Shown: positions 1-9,533 of the stretch, piece by piece | Layout of the letters: every line of letters starts with the position of its first letter | How positions within the stretch are numbered: the stretch's first letter is position 1 | IMG/VR virus record: IMGVR_UViG_3300026105_000004 | Coordinates: 1 to 30,687 of that record | Reading direction: 5' to 3' (one strand) | DNA: 30,687 nt | From: a virus | Taxonomy: Duplodnaviria; Caudoviricetes | Notes under the pieces: generated by a model | Databases searched by the model: none | Told to the model about the DNA's origin: nothing | What the model saw: only the letters and a program-made list of their open reading frames with translations | Position numbers and translations under genes: made by a program

Positions 1-1
1 G

Positions 2-187
2 CTTGGTCAGGTCGCGGCCCTTTTCAACAAGGCCAGACTTGCGGATATACTTGTGATAGCCAATCTCTTTGAAACCGCGCCTGCGATGCATCTCGTCAAT
101 GTCAGCGATTGAAAAGTCAGACTCAACGGGGGTGGCTGAATAGTGAATTACGATCCACTTGACGTTATCGTCTGATCGGTAAGTCAT
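2..187 (-). CDS. N-acetylmuramoyl-L-alanine amidase endolysin (T7 lysozyme-like), 5' part, truncated by window edge
   Basis: Manual translation: MTYRSDDNVKWIVIHYSATPVESDFSIADIDEMHRRRGFKEIGYHKYIRKSGLVEKGRDLTK; IVIHxSAT / HxxRG / IGYH / GxVExGR motifs of Amidase_2; ATGA overlap with upstream gene. Confidence 0.9.
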   Translation of the reverse strand, partial: MTYRSDDNVKWIVIHYSATPVESDFSIADIDEMHRRRGFKEIGYHKYIRKSGLVEKGRDLTK

Positions 188-417
188 TTCCCCACCTTTG
201 CAATCAACTGCTTTATGTCGCCCTGTATCTCAGTCAGAATATTGTGAATGCGCTGCCGATCCTCCTTGGCCGCGTCAAGGTCTTCCTTGCGCTGGTTCCA
301 CAGCCGCTTAATCTCGCGCTCGTTTTGCAAGCCCTTGCTTTCAAGGCGCACAAGCCAGACCACAAATGCCACAACAGCAAGGGCAATTTTCCAGCTATCA
401 GGGATCCAATCTGGCAT
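184..417 (-). CDS. Small membrane protein, putative holin (N-terminal TM + coiled coil)
   Basis: WKIALAVVAFVVWLVRLE hydrophobic segment, charged helical C-terminus, directly upstream of amidase. Confidence 0.6.
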   Translation of the reverse strand: MPDWIPDSWKIALAVVAFVVWLVRLESKGLQNEREIKRLWNQRKEDLDAAKEDRQRIHNILTEIQGDIKQLIAKVGK

Positions 418-432
418 GTCGGCCCCTTTTTA

Positions 433-705
433 TCAAAATCCGCGAACGCGCAACTTGGCCCAATCGCCATCCATCAGCTTTTTCTTGGCGTATTCGCCAA
501 ACTCTTTTGTGCCAATGGCAGCGCCGCATTCGCGCGACCACTGTTCAGCAATGACATAAGGGATACTGCCAGCACGGCGCATTTCAGACTTGCGATCAAT
601 CTCTGTATTTTGGGCGCGCTTGTTGGCTTCTAGGATCGGCTGCACGTCTTGACTTCGGATGATGCGTAGGGTGCCGTCGTTTTCAAACATCCGCTCTTTA
701 ATCAT
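433..705 (-). CDS. Conserved phage protein downstream of major capsid (~90 aa)
   Basis: Start re-called at MIKERMFEND (ATG 705); QDVQPILEANK...IPYVIAEQW pattern typical of small proteins following SU10-type capsid genes. Confidence 0.7.
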   Translation of the reverse strand: MIKERMFENDGTLRIIRSQDVQPILEANKRAQNTEIDRKSEMRRAGSIPYVIAEQWSRECGAAIGTKEFGEYAKKKLMDGDWAKLRVRGF

Positions 706-871
706 CGTCAAGCACCGCCTTTTTGGGAGCGCCTCGCACTTTTTCGGCAAAGCCAAGCTCAACCATCATGTCTGCGGTGTCTGCGTCAACATCAAGCGTT
801 TCGCCTTTGGGTTGGGGTCGGCCATTGACCCACGGCTTGCGGTCTGTGGTGATTTTAATCTTCGGCATCAT
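698..871 (-). CDS. Small hypothetical protein (57 aa), not in ORF track
   Basis: MMPKIKITTDRKPWVNGRPQPKGETLDVDADTADMMVELGFAEKVRGAPKKAVLDDD; AAAGGA RBS; fills gap and overlaps next gene. Confidence 0.75.
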   Translation of the reverse strand: MMPKIKITTDRKPWVNGRPQPKGETLDVDADTADMMVELGFAEKVRGAPKKAVLDDD

Positions 872-888
872 GCAAATCCTTTTGTGGT

Positions 889-912
889 GAAAGGGGCGAC
901 CGAAGCCGCCCC
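889..912 (-). terminator. Intrinsic terminator/attenuator hairpin after major capsid gene
   Basis: GGGGCGGC-TTCG-GTCGCCCC-TTT; cUUCGg tetraloop, short U tract. Confidence 0.7.
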
Positions 913-924
913 GATCATTTCAAA

Positions 925-1896
925 TTACAGCGAAGCGTCAATGTCGGCAATGACGCCGTGTGCCGCTTCGTTGTCCACCTGCAAGCCATACTCGGCGCTA
1001 ATCAGGCGACGCTCCGAGTGACCTGTGCGAGCCAGTTCGGTTTGCGTGGTGTTCTTGAGGTAGCCCACGCGTGCGTAGGAAGGATCAAGAACAAACACGT
1101 CACGGTTACGCTGGAAGCGCGTCGGCACGATCTGCAATTCACCAAAGTCGCTGATATAAACGTCAATGGCCGCGTTGATCTTGCTGTCTTCGGCTTCCTT
1201 GAAGCGTGTCGCGTTGCCGTCGAAAGTGGAAATCTTCTGCTTGGCAGTCGGGCCAACCAGAACAATCGAAGGCTCAGCGCCTTCTTCCCAGCAGCTTGCG
1301 ATAACCGACTTCAGCAGTGCCTCAGTCAGCGCGCGCTGTGTGCCGTCAGTGGCAGCCGCGTCGGGATAGCCAGCGTCGCCAGCGCCCGATGTGGTGCCGT
1401 CTGCGCCGCCGACGCCACGATCCACGTTGGTCTTGAGCCAAGCAGGCAGACCAGCGGTTTGACGCGCGGTGCCGCTTGAACCAGCCGATCCGGGCACGTT
1501 GTCCAGCAACATGCTTTCCATGTCACGCTTCATCTCTTTCAGCTTATAAGCAATCTGCTTAGCAAGCGTTTGAGCGTCACCCGCGCCGTTGACAGCATTC
1601 GAGGTGTCCGACACTTCAACCACCTTGTCCGAAATCTGAGCGTAGTTACCCTGACGAACTGCGTTGGTCGGTGCGTCGTTACCCGGCGATGCTTCGCCTT
1701 CAGCCACGCGGTTGCTGGTGTCAGTGTCAGCCAGCGAAACAACGCCCCATTCAAAGAAGGTGTTGTCAATGTTGCGGCGACCAATCGCCGTCATGAACGG
1801 CGTGTCAGTCGGGCTGATCGAAATCAACGCGTCTTGCAGGTCTTCGCGAATTGTCGAAACATCGTATGTCTCATTGGTATTGGCATTAACGGCCAT
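925..1896 (-). CDS. Major capsid protein (DUF5309 / SU10-type)
   Basis: REDLQDALISISPTDTPF, FEW, NYAQISDK, KEMKRDME, AEYGLQVDNEAAHGVIADI; follows scaffold; GGAGG RBS. Confidence 0.92.
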   Translation of the reverse strand: MAVNANTNETYDVSTIREDLQDALISISPTDTPFMTAIGRRNIDNTFFEWGVVSLADTDTSNRVAEGEASPGNDAPTNAVRQGNYAQISDKVVEVSDTSNAVNGAGDAQTLAKQIAYKLKEMKRDMESMLLDNVPGSAGSSGTARQTAGLPAWLKTNVDRGVGGADGTTSGAGDAGYPDAAATDGTQRALTEALLKSVIASCWEEGAEPSIVLVGPTAKQKISTFDGNATRFKEAEDSKINAAIDVYISDFGELQIVPTRFQRNRDVFVLDPSYARVGYLKNTTQTELARTGHSERRLISAEYGLQVDNEAAHGVIADIDASL

Positions 1897-1911
1897 AGTT
1901 TAGTCCTCCAT

Positions 1912-2898
1912 TCAGGAAAGCAAAAATGATGCAACGTCATCGACGTTGCCGTTCTTCTTCATCCGAGCAGCCGCTTTACGCTGCTTCGCCACCTTCCCAG
2001 TCGTGTCAGACTTCTTGACGCCGGGCTTCACAACGGGTCGGGCACCTTTGGCTTTTTGCTCAGCCTTGCCTTTCCCCTTTTGAAGTTGCCGGTATTTCAT
2101 CGCGTCAGCCAACACCCGAACCGCCCGCGCGTCCATGACTTGAGCCATTTCTTCTTGGGTGTATCCGTATGCTTCAACACCAGTTTGCACAAGCTGTTCC
2201 TTCATCTGCTTGCCCTTTTCAGGGTCAGCAAGTTCAGGGATCGCCTGCGTGAGCAACTGCGCCTGCTCAGCAAGATACGCCTGTTGGGCGCGCTGCTGGG
2301 CTTCGGTTTGCTGTTGCGTCATAGTCTGCTGTTGCTGCTGGAACTGTTGGTATTGTTCCATGCCTTCGCGATAAGCCTCCATCTGCTCAAAGTACGCAAT
2401 CGGGTCGGAGTTCATTAACTCCTTCGACGGCTTACTTGGCATTTGGGGCGCGCCTTCGGTCTGAAGCTGCTGGAAAGTGGCGGCCAGCTTCTGCCGCTCC
2501 TCTTGCAAGGCTTGGTAAACCTGTTCAGCCTGTTTTTTAGACTGTGCAGCTTCCTCCATGCCTTTCTGGATGTATGCCTGTCCCGAATAAGACCGCTTTA
2601 GGTCGTCAAGGGTCACCTGCTGTTCTTGACCGTCTACCTTGACAGTAAAGACATCACCCGCAGGCTCCTCATCGCCGTCGGCTTCTTCGGCTTCATCATC
2701 CACTTCTTCGCCTGTATCGTCGGCGTCTACGTCATCAAGTTCTTCGGCCTCAGCTTCCACCGCTTCAGGCTGATCGTCATCAGTTACCTCTGCGGCATCG
2801 TCTTCTGCCACGTCTTGATTTTCTTCTGCCGGTGCCTCTTGCATCAGCATGTCTGTTACAGCGTCAATGCTGCCGTCTGGTGCAGTCGTGTCAGCCAC
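1912..2898 (-). CDS. Capsid scaffolding protein
   Basis: Acidic N-terminus, FTVKVDGQEQQVTLDDLKRSYSGQAYI motif, Q-rich coil, basic C-terminus; start re-called at GTG 2898 with AGGAG RBS. Confidence 0.88.
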   Translation of the reverse strand: MADTTAPDGSIDAVTDMLMQEAPAEENQDVAEDDAAEVTDDDQPEAVEAEAEELDDVDADDTGEEVDDEAEEADGDEEPAGDVFTVKVDGQEQQVTLDDLKRSYSGQAYIQKGMEEAAQSKKQAEQVYQALQEERQKLAATFQQLQTEGAPQMPSKPSKELMNSDPIAYFEQMEAYREGMEQYQQFQQQQQTMTQQQTEAQQRAQQAYLAEQAQLLTQAIPELADPEKGKQMKEQLVQTGVEAYGYTQEEMAQVMDARAVRVLADAMKYRQLQKGKGKAEQKAKGARPVVKPGVKKSDTTGKVAKQRKAAARMKKNGNVDDVASFLLS

Positions 2899-3148
2899 GG
2901 TGCCGCTCCTCTTTCTTGTCAAGGATCGTGCCTGCATCTACGTCGGCTTGCAGGGCTTCCTCGATCCGGTTTAACGCACGCACCATTGCGTGCGCCTCCT
3001 CGCGGGATTCCATCTCGTCGGCCCCGCTGTTTACGAAAACGTCAATCTGACGGCTCCGCAAATCTGTCATGGCCTCCGTGAAGGCGTCGCTCTGCATCAA
3101 CGCTTTGGCGCGTGAGGCGCGAACTTTCACGTCGTCCTTATTCATCAC
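2891..3148 (-). CDS. Small conserved protein between portal and scaffold
   Basis: 85 aa helical ORF overlapping both neighbours; position typical of this head module. Confidence 0.8.
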   Translation of the reverse strand: MMNKDDVKVRASRAKALMQSDAFTEAMTDLRSRQIDVFVNSGADEMESREEAHAMVRALNRIEEALQADVDAGTILDKKEERHRG

Positions 3149-5253
3149 ATGTCACCCATTGGATTGCGCGGCGCGGCTTGTTCAGCCTGCACGCGCGCCA
3201 CATCAACCTGTGTGCCATATTTGCCGAGTATCTCGGCAACCTTGACGGCCAAGTCCTGCACCATCTGGTCGCGTTCTTGGTCGTCTTCCATAAGCATTTC
3301 TTGACGCTTGCGCTGCTCTTCGGCCATTGCCTTCTGGCCTTCCAGTTGCAGCTTGGCCATATCCACCTGCATGCGGCTCTGAGCCTTCATTTGCTCAGCG
3401 GCCATGTATGCTTGATTCGGATCGCTGCCGCCCTGTGCGGCCTGCTGTGCGGCCTGTGCTGCTTGCTGCATAAGCAGTTGCTCAGTTTGCGGGTCCATTG
3501 GCATAAAGTAGCGGCTGGCGTTGTTTACGCCCGACGTGGCCAGCATGTCAGCGAGCGTGTTCCGCATTTGCGTCATCGTGACCAAGCCGTTGCTTGGGCC
3601 ATACGCCTGCCACATCTGCGTTTGGTAATTGAACACCTCGCGCAGCACGGCGGCCTTTTCCTGTTCGCGGCTGGTGCCGATCCCGACGTTGACCGACATA
3701 TCCATGTCAGCGTTCCAAGCGCGCGGATCAATCGGCAAGAACTCATCATCCAAGCGGATCATCTTTTCGTCGTCAGCGTTCTTGATTATTAGGCCAAGCA
3801 CGATCTTGAACAGACGCTTCATGCCGCCTTCTGCCAAGTTGCGTGCAATCACCTCAATCTGGCCAGACGCAGCCTCTGCGGTCGCCGCAACTGCTGTGGC
3901 AGATGCCGACTGCAAAACGTCAGGGTCTAAGCCCTGAGCGGCGCGTGAAATGCCTGTTTTGGATTCAATGCTTTGGTCGAAATACTGCAAGGCAGGCAAG
4001 GTGCTGCCAGCGGTAAACGGCACGGCCAGTTCGCGCATTGCGCCCGGTTGCTTAACCCGCACCACGCGGCCAATTTCGTTGTTTAGCAAATCGTCAATGT
4101 TGACCTGCCCGTCAACAATTTCAGTGCCGGGGTTGTTAGTCAGCGCCACGTTATCCAGCACACCACGCAGCATGGATGTGGCTGCGTCCTGATCGTAAAT
4201 TAACAGATCAGCGATGCTGCGGCCAAAAAAGGCGTGCGGCTCTGGGTCCACCTCAAACACGCTGTAAGGCGCGGTGTCAGCCACGTCGTAGTCTAGTAGT
4301 TTGTAGCTACCGCCGCCCAAGATGAAGTAATACAGGCGCGGCACGCCCGTGCCTTCAATATCCATCTTCATATAGGCTTCAGTGACCAGCACCTTCTTCA
4401 TCGACGGGTCGCGGGCGTCCTCGTCCTCATCGTCGTCAACGCTGTAGCCGCGACGCTCAAACTCGGCCTCGTCTGCCGTGGTGTCAGCGTCGGTGTAGCC
4501 GCCGAAGTTCATGACCTCTTCCATCTCAAACCCCAGCGCCACAAGATCACCAACGCGCATTTCATTGCGGTTGCCGATCACATAATAGTCATCAACAGAC
4601 CGGGCGTTGCGATCCACAAAGAACTCTTCAGGCGGCACGCTTTCAATCTTGATGTCGCCCTTAGTGATGGTGCGGGCAATCTTGGCGCTGTGATACGGAC
4701 GCTCAACCTCAACGCCCATTTCGTCAAGTTCAATCTCAATCGTTTCGGTGTGTTCAACCACCTCAACGTCATCCTCATCAACCAGCAGCGAAAATTCTTC
4801 ATCGCTCAGATTGTCAAAGTCGTGAAACTCTACGTTTGGCGTCTCGTCGTAATACGCCTTGGCAATGCCAGCCTTTTTAACCAACGCGTCATGGAACACG
4901 TCTTGCAAGACGCGAAAGCCGTTGTTCTGGCCGAACTTGTAGCTTGCATACTTGGTGGCCATCTCAGCCGCCTGCACATCTTCTGGGCCGTTCGGCACAA
5001 ACTCAACAGGCTTATCTGTTGCAGTAAAGACACGCATTAAGCTGGGCTTAATCGCCCGCACCGCGTCGCGCACCTTGGTAGCCACAACACCGCTTCGGCC
5101 ATCCTCATGGCCAAGATCAACGTCGCCATCAAAATACCGCTGCGCCTTAATGCGCTCAGGCGCAATGTCGCTGTCGATAAAATCCACGGCATCGTCAACG
5201 GCCTTGCTGACGATCCCCTCGATCTCATCTTTAGTCATTGGCTTTGGGCGCAT
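3145..5253 (-). CDS. Portal protein (P22/SU10-type)
   Basis: 702 aa; RSGVVATKVRDAV, IKPSLMRVF, VPPEEFFVD, PHAFFGRS, NLAEGGMKRLF, Q-rich C-terminal barrel; AAGGAGG RBS. Confidence 0.92.
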   Translation of the reverse strand: MRPKPMTKDEIEGIVSKAVDDAVDFIDSDIAPERIKAQRYFDGDVDLGHEDGRSGVVATKVRDAVRAIKPSLMRVFTATDKPVEFVPNGPEDVQAAEMATKYASYKFGQNNGFRVLQDVFHDALVKKAGIAKAYYDETPNVEFHDFDNLSDEEFSLLVDEDDVEVVEHTETIEIELDEMGVEVERPYHSAKIARTITKGDIKIESVPPEEFFVDRNARSVDDYYVIGNRNEMRVGDLVALGFEMEEVMNFGGYTDADTTADEAEFERRGYSVDDDEDEDARDPSMKKVLVTEAYMKMDIEGTGVPRLYYFILGGGSYKLLDYDVADTAPYSVFEVDPEPHAFFGRSIADLLIYDQDAATSMLRGVLDNVALTNNPGTEIVDGQVNIDDLLNNEIGRVVRVKQPGAMRELAVPFTAGSTLPALQYFDQSIESKTGISRAAQGLDPDVLQSASATAVAATAEAASGQIEVIARNLAEGGMKRLFKIVLGLIIKNADDEKMIRLDDEFLPIDPRAWNADMDMSVNVGIGTSREQEKAAVLREVFNYQTQMWQAYGPSNGLVTMTQMRNTLADMLATSGVNNASRYFMPMDPQTEQLLMQQAAQAAQQAAQGGSDPNQAYMAAEQMKAQSRMQVDMAKLQLEGQKAMAEEQRKRQEMLMEDDQERDQMVQDLAVKVAEILGKYGTQVDVARVQAEQAAPRNPMGDM

Positions 5254-5273
5254 GGTGCCTCCTTATGTGTGCC

Positions 5274-5282
5274 AGTATAGCA
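5274..5282 (-). promoter_or_regulatory. Extended -10 promoter candidate upstream of portal (TGCTATACT)
   Basis: TGnTATACT in the short intergenic gap before portal RBS. Confidence 0.5.
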
Positions 5283-5307
5283 ACATTGTGGTATTTTGGC
5301 CATAGGG

Positions 5308-7917
5308 TTAGCGGGATTGGTCAGCATTGTCTAATTGCGTGGAAATACCGCCAGAAACATAAGGTGCTAACGACTTTAAAATTCGTTCCGAGTTTTTAGG
5401 AACTGTTACGTCCATCAATAGGCTTCGAAACAAAACAGGGTCTTGCACCGCGTCTCTAAGCATCTGTTGCGCTTTGTCATTTGTTACGCGCTCCAAAACC
5501 CGCTGCACCCGAGACGAAACAATTTGCGCGCTTTGCAACCCGCCTGCAAATCCTCCACCCATTTGCGCGCCAGCACGTGCGCCCAAAATACGGCCATAAA
5601 CAGAAGCCAACGCGTTTGTCGGGCGATCTGCCAAAGCATCAACGCCTGCCCCGCCGCCGCGCGCTGCGTCCAACTTTCGCAATTCCGCTGCAATAGCGTT
5701 TAGGCGCGTTTTTTCTGGGTTGCTATAAACCTGTCCCATAACCTTTTGAACGTCTGGATTGTCCAAAACTTCGCGCAATTTTTGGCCTTGCAAAATTTGA
5801 CCGTTAGGCGTGCGAGTTGTGGCTTGCCCCATCAAGTAATCAGAAAAAGCACCCTTAAAGCCTTCAATAGCTTTGCCGCTTTGGTCCTTGCGGGCCTGTT
5901 GCAATATGCTTTTTGCCATTTCCTCTGGGCGAGACGCTCGAAAGATTGTTTGGATTGCCTCACTTGGGCGCGCCTCAATAAACCGCGATGCCGCTGACTT
6001 TGAAACGCCTTTTTCAAAATCTTGCCCCCGCGTTTGCGCCAGCTTGGCACGCTGCTGTTGGTCTACCGCAGATTGGAACGTGTCTCGCAAATACGGGAAG
6101 CGGTCCAAAATCTCACGGTTTTGGTTTAAGAACGTGGTCGCTTTTGATTGGCTGAAGGTGTCGCCAGTAAACACACGGTCGTTAAATGCGTTAATCATAT
6201 ATTGCTCAACTGCGTCATCTACGGCGTCCGTGTCAGCGGCGCGTCGAATGTCCTGCGATCCAACAAGCGCTTGCGTGCCGCCCCGCCCGACTGCGCGCTC
6301 AAGCGAAAGCAAAGGATCAACTTGTTCGTCACCGTCAACGGTTCGCTTTAGAAGTCGGCCAACTGTTCCACGGTCAAACACTTCATGCATTTCTCGGCTG
6401 TAAGCGCGCGCCTGATTAATTGTGCGGCCAATTTCTGTTGACCCGTCAATCGCACCAAGGTCTTGCAAGATGTTGTCCGCCACAAGGTTCGCAATTCTGG
6501 CTCTGTTCCTGTTCTGGTCAGTGCCAGCCATTGAACTGCGGGCAATGCGCCGCAATTCGGAATATAAGCCGTGCATTTCTGACACTGTTTGCGCGTCAGG
6601 TTGCGCTGTAAGCTGCTCAACTACGTTTGGAATGTCGCTGCGCTGCGCCCAAGGGGTGGCGTCGATAACAGACTGCGCAGCCGATTTACTGCCCTCTGCC
6701 GAAACTTGTGCGCCTTTAGGCACTTGGTTCCAAAGCTCTTTTTCTTGCGCAAGCGCATCAGCTTCGGCTTCCCGAATTTCTTTAGCGACAACTTCACTGG
6801 CTTCCGATGGTGTCATATTCGCCAACGGGCGATTTTCTGATGCTCGACGCGTGGCACGCTCCACCATTAAATTAATATTTGACCGCGCTCGCTCTTGCCG
6901 TTCTGCCAAAAATGCCTGCGCATCTTCTGGTCGGCTGCCTGTCGCCATCAAGTCGCGTGCGCGTGTTTCTGCGCCAAACCGCTGCGCTTCAATAGCTTCG
7001 CGAATTAACGGGTCTTCACGCATTGCACTTTGTTCAAGCGCCAACAAGTTGGGGTCACCGGTCTGCTGCGCTGGTGAAAGGCCAATTTCAGTTTCTGGTC
7101 GGATCATCCGGCCTAATTCTTCTGACCGCTCAGCGCCGCCTGCAAGCTGTTGCAAACGCTGCTGCGCAACCCCTCGCGCGCCGCGCTCAGTAAACGGTGC
7201 AATCTCTCGCTGCACAGCGCGTCCAATCGCCCTTGCGCCGATTGCGCTTGGTGTAACGCGCGGGGCCGCCGCAACGCCTGCGCCACCTAGAACGCCGCCT
7301 GCAATTTCTGCAACAGACTGGCCTACTGGACCAGCGCCAGCCATTCGTGCAGCTTCGCCTGACCCTTCGCCAATGCCACCCGCCGCAGCTTCTGCCAAAA
7401 GCCCGCGAACTGTGTTTAATCCTTGCGATGCAGATTGAGCCGCGCCGCCAATAACTCCGGGCGCTGCTTGCAGTGCGCGTGCCGTTGCACCCGCTGGAAA
7501 TGCCGCGCCTGCGCCTAAACCAACGCCACGCGCAATGTTTTGGCCGATACCTTCTGGTTCAACGTCAGCCACATTTACGCCAGCGGCCTCCATGCCGCGT
7601 GCAAGGCCAGTGCGGGCCGATCCCGTTGTCATTTCGGGCATTCCAATGGCTTCGCCAACAGCTGGCGTGTCAAGCGGGTTGAAAAAGTCAACAAGCCCGC
7701 CAACAGTTTCAGAAATGCCTCGGTTGACCTGCGCCATTGCGCCTTGCTCGCCAAAGAACGAACGATCACCTTGCTCTGCTTCTTGCGGCGCGGCACTTTG
7801 CAGCCTACGAATTTCCTGCGCAAACATGCGCGCGTCTTGCGCGGCTTGCTCGTCGCCCTGCTGGGCTAGGGCGTCAGCTTTCATAAACGCGTCTTGCAGG
7901 CGGTCTAAATCGCTCAT
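5308..7917 (-). CDS. Large internal virion / DNA ejection protein
   Basis: 869 aa, Gly/Ala-rich hydrophobic segments then long helical region; last of four coupled ejection-like genes. Confidence 0.7.
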   Translation of the reverse strand: MSDLDRLQDAFMKADALAQQGDEQAAQDARMFAQEIRRLQSAAPQEAEQGDRSFFGEQGAMAQVNRGISETVGGLVDFFNPLDTPAVGEAIGMPEMTTGSARTGLARGMEAAGVNVADVEPEGIGQNIARGVGLGAGAAFPAGATARALQAAPGVIGGAAQSASQGLNTVRGLLAEAAAGGIGEGSGEAARMAGAGPVGQSVAEIAGGVLGGAGVAAAPRVTPSAIGARAIGRAVQREIAPFTERGARGVAQQRLQQLAGGAERSEELGRMIRPETEIGLSPAQQTGDPNLLALEQSAMREDPLIREAIEAQRFGAETRARDLMATGSRPEDAQAFLAERQERARSNINLMVERATRRASENRPLANMTPSEASEVVAKEIREAEADALAQEKELWNQVPKGAQVSAEGSKSAAQSVIDATPWAQRSDIPNVVEQLTAQPDAQTVSEMHGLYSELRRIARSSMAGTDQNRNRARIANLVADNILQDLGAIDGSTEIGRTINQARAYSREMHEVFDRGTVGRLLKRTVDGDEQVDPLLSLERAVGRGGTQALVGSQDIRRAADTDAVDDAVEQYMINAFNDRVFTGDTFSQSKATTFLNQNREILDRFPYLRDTFQSAVDQQQRAKLAQTRGQDFEKGVSKSAASRFIEARPSEAIQTIFRASRPEEMAKSILQQARKDQSGKAIEGFKGAFSDYLMGQATTRTPNGQILQGQKLREVLDNPDVQKVMGQVYSNPEKTRLNAIAAELRKLDAARGGGAGVDALADRPTNALASVYGRILGARAGAQMGGGFAGGLQSAQIVSSRVQRVLERVTNDKAQQMLRDAVQDPVLFRSLLMDVTVPKNSERILKSLAPYVSGGISTQLDNADQSR

Positions 7918-9533
7918 TGGTAAGCATCCAATCTGTCAGCAACGTCTGGTCGAATGCCAGCGCCAGAACTTGCAGGCCGCAAAGCATTTTCAAGCGCAAT
8001 GTAATCAGCAAGCAATGGTTCAAGCTGGGCTAGGCTGGCACGCGCTTGCGTTCTTTGCGCAGATGAAAGGCCACCCTCTCCAGCCGCCGCACGAGACGCT
8101 GCATCATAAGCCTGCTGAACCATTCGGCGCATTGCTGCTGCTTTATTAAGTGCAGCCTCTGGACCGGTGGTAAGTTCTGCGGGCTTGACTGTCATTGCCT
8201 CAATACGTTCGCGGGTAAGGTTTGAGGGTCTGCCCGGAAATTCCGCTGACAATGCCAACATGCTGCGCGTTGAAAGGTTGTTCAACTCTTGCTGAGCGCG
8301 ACCAATTTCTGGCGCGGCTTGCCCCATGCCAACGGCGTCTGTGATTGCGTTCAATGCCGACGCGCCAAAACCAGACGCGCCCAACGCGCCGGAAACATTT
8401 GTTTCGTCAAAAACCGCACTTGGCTCAACATTCCTAACAGTTTCAACCGTTTGTTCTTCAACAGTTTGGCCAACTGCTTGCCCGGTGGCAACGTCAATGA
8501 CTTCTGCTCTCTGTGTGTCTGGGTTGCGGCTAATACGAAAACGCCCGTCCGTAATACCAATGGCAAGGTTTCGATCAAGGCCAGTTTCAACAAGACGATT
8601 GATTTTTTGCTCTGCCGCTGAAAGGTTATTACCTGCGCCGCCACCAAATACTCGGTTCATTGCGTCTTGAGGGTCAAGTCCTTGGCTGACAAGAAACTCA
8701 TAGTTTCGACGGTCTGCCGTGGCATCACCGCCCCGCCCCATCTGCGCCATCTGGCTCATAGCCTCGCGACCGTATCCAGCCTCAGCCATTTGAATAATCT
8801 GCGGCGGCGCACCCATGTTTTTCAACGCTTCAAGCGTCCTATTCTGCTGCGCCTTTGTCTGCGCCTGCTTACGCCGCCCTTGGATACGATTAGCCGACAA
8901 TTGCATCAGCCCTTGGTTCGGGTCAATCGTCATGCCTTGCAGCGCAATGGCCAAGCTGTCGAGCGCGTTGCCAACTCCGGGGCGCTGGAAGAACGGCACC
9001 TTTTCCTCTTCGGCCTGCGGTGCCGCCCGGCCTTGCGTTGACATCGTGGGCGTGCCTGAAACGGGTTGCGGTTGTCGTGCCATGTTTGTGCCTCCGGGTC
9101 GTCCCGTAACTCCTTCACCGCTACCTACGGTTCCGAAAAGGTGGTCGCCAATCTTGACGGTGTTTTGCATTGAAGACATCCAAGACGGCTGCGAAATATC
9201 CGGGTTCAAAAAGTTTAAAGCGCCGCTTGTCGGGTCTTCATATTCGCCGCGCATTACTGTGTCCGCGACGCTGTAAGCCGTTTCGCTTGGCTGCAATCTA
9301 TTTAGATCAACGCCTTGTTCGCCGCCCGCGTAGCCTGTAATGCTGTTGGCTGGGCTGAACTGACCCGGCGCAAGCAAAACGTCTTTGAAAGTGTTACCGC
9401 CGTATCCTTGCGCTCGGCGTCGATTGTCAATCACTGACGCAACTGCGCGCATACCTGTTTCGCCCTGATTGCCAGCCTCGGCTTGGATCATTCGGGCAAG
9501 CAATTCACGCTCGTTGTTTAGCAAGCCTTCCAT
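7914..9533 (-). CDS. Ejection protein with N-terminal cell-wall hydrolase (SleB/Hydrolase_2-like) domain
   Basis: LARMIQAEAGNQG...AVASVIDNR...GQFSP...DPTSGALNFLNP...PSW...KIGDHLF in first ~140 aa; rest Q/A-rich helical. Confidence 0.82.
   Translation of the reverse strand: MEGLLNNERELLARMIQAEAGNQGETGMRAVASVIDNRRRAQGYGGNTFKDVLLAPGQFSPANSITGYAGGEQGVDLNRLQPSETAYSVADTVMRGEYEDPTSGALNFLNPDISQPSWMSSMQNTVKIGDHLFGTVGSGEGVTGRPGGTNMARQPQPVSGTPTMSTQGRAAPQAEEEKVPFFQRPGVGNALDSLAIALQGMTIDPNQGLMQLSANRIQGRRKQAQTKAQQNRTLEALKNMGAPPQIIQMAEAGYGREAMSQMAQMGRGGDATADRRNYEFLVSQGLDPQDAMNRVFGGGAGNNLSAAEQKINRLVETGLDRNLAIGITDGRFRISRNPDTQRAEVIDVATGQAVGQTVEEQTVETVRNVEPSAVFDETNVSGALGASGFGASALNAITDAVGMGQAAPEIGRAQQELNNLSTRSMLALSAEFPGRPSNLTRERIEAMTVKPAELTTGPEAALNKAAAMRRMVQQAYDAASRAAAGEGGLSSAQRTQARASLAQLEPLLADYIALENALRPASSGAGIRPDVADRLDAYQ

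Noticed and set aside
6422-7438. Long plus-strand ORFs (338 aa here; also 15791-16723, 3112-3792, 19518-20327)
   Set aside because: Antisense shadows of well-supported minus-strand genes; no motifs or RBS
7860-8034. 11-bp direct repeat GCTGGGCTAGG
   Set aside because: Short, within coding sequence, compatible with chance in 30 kb
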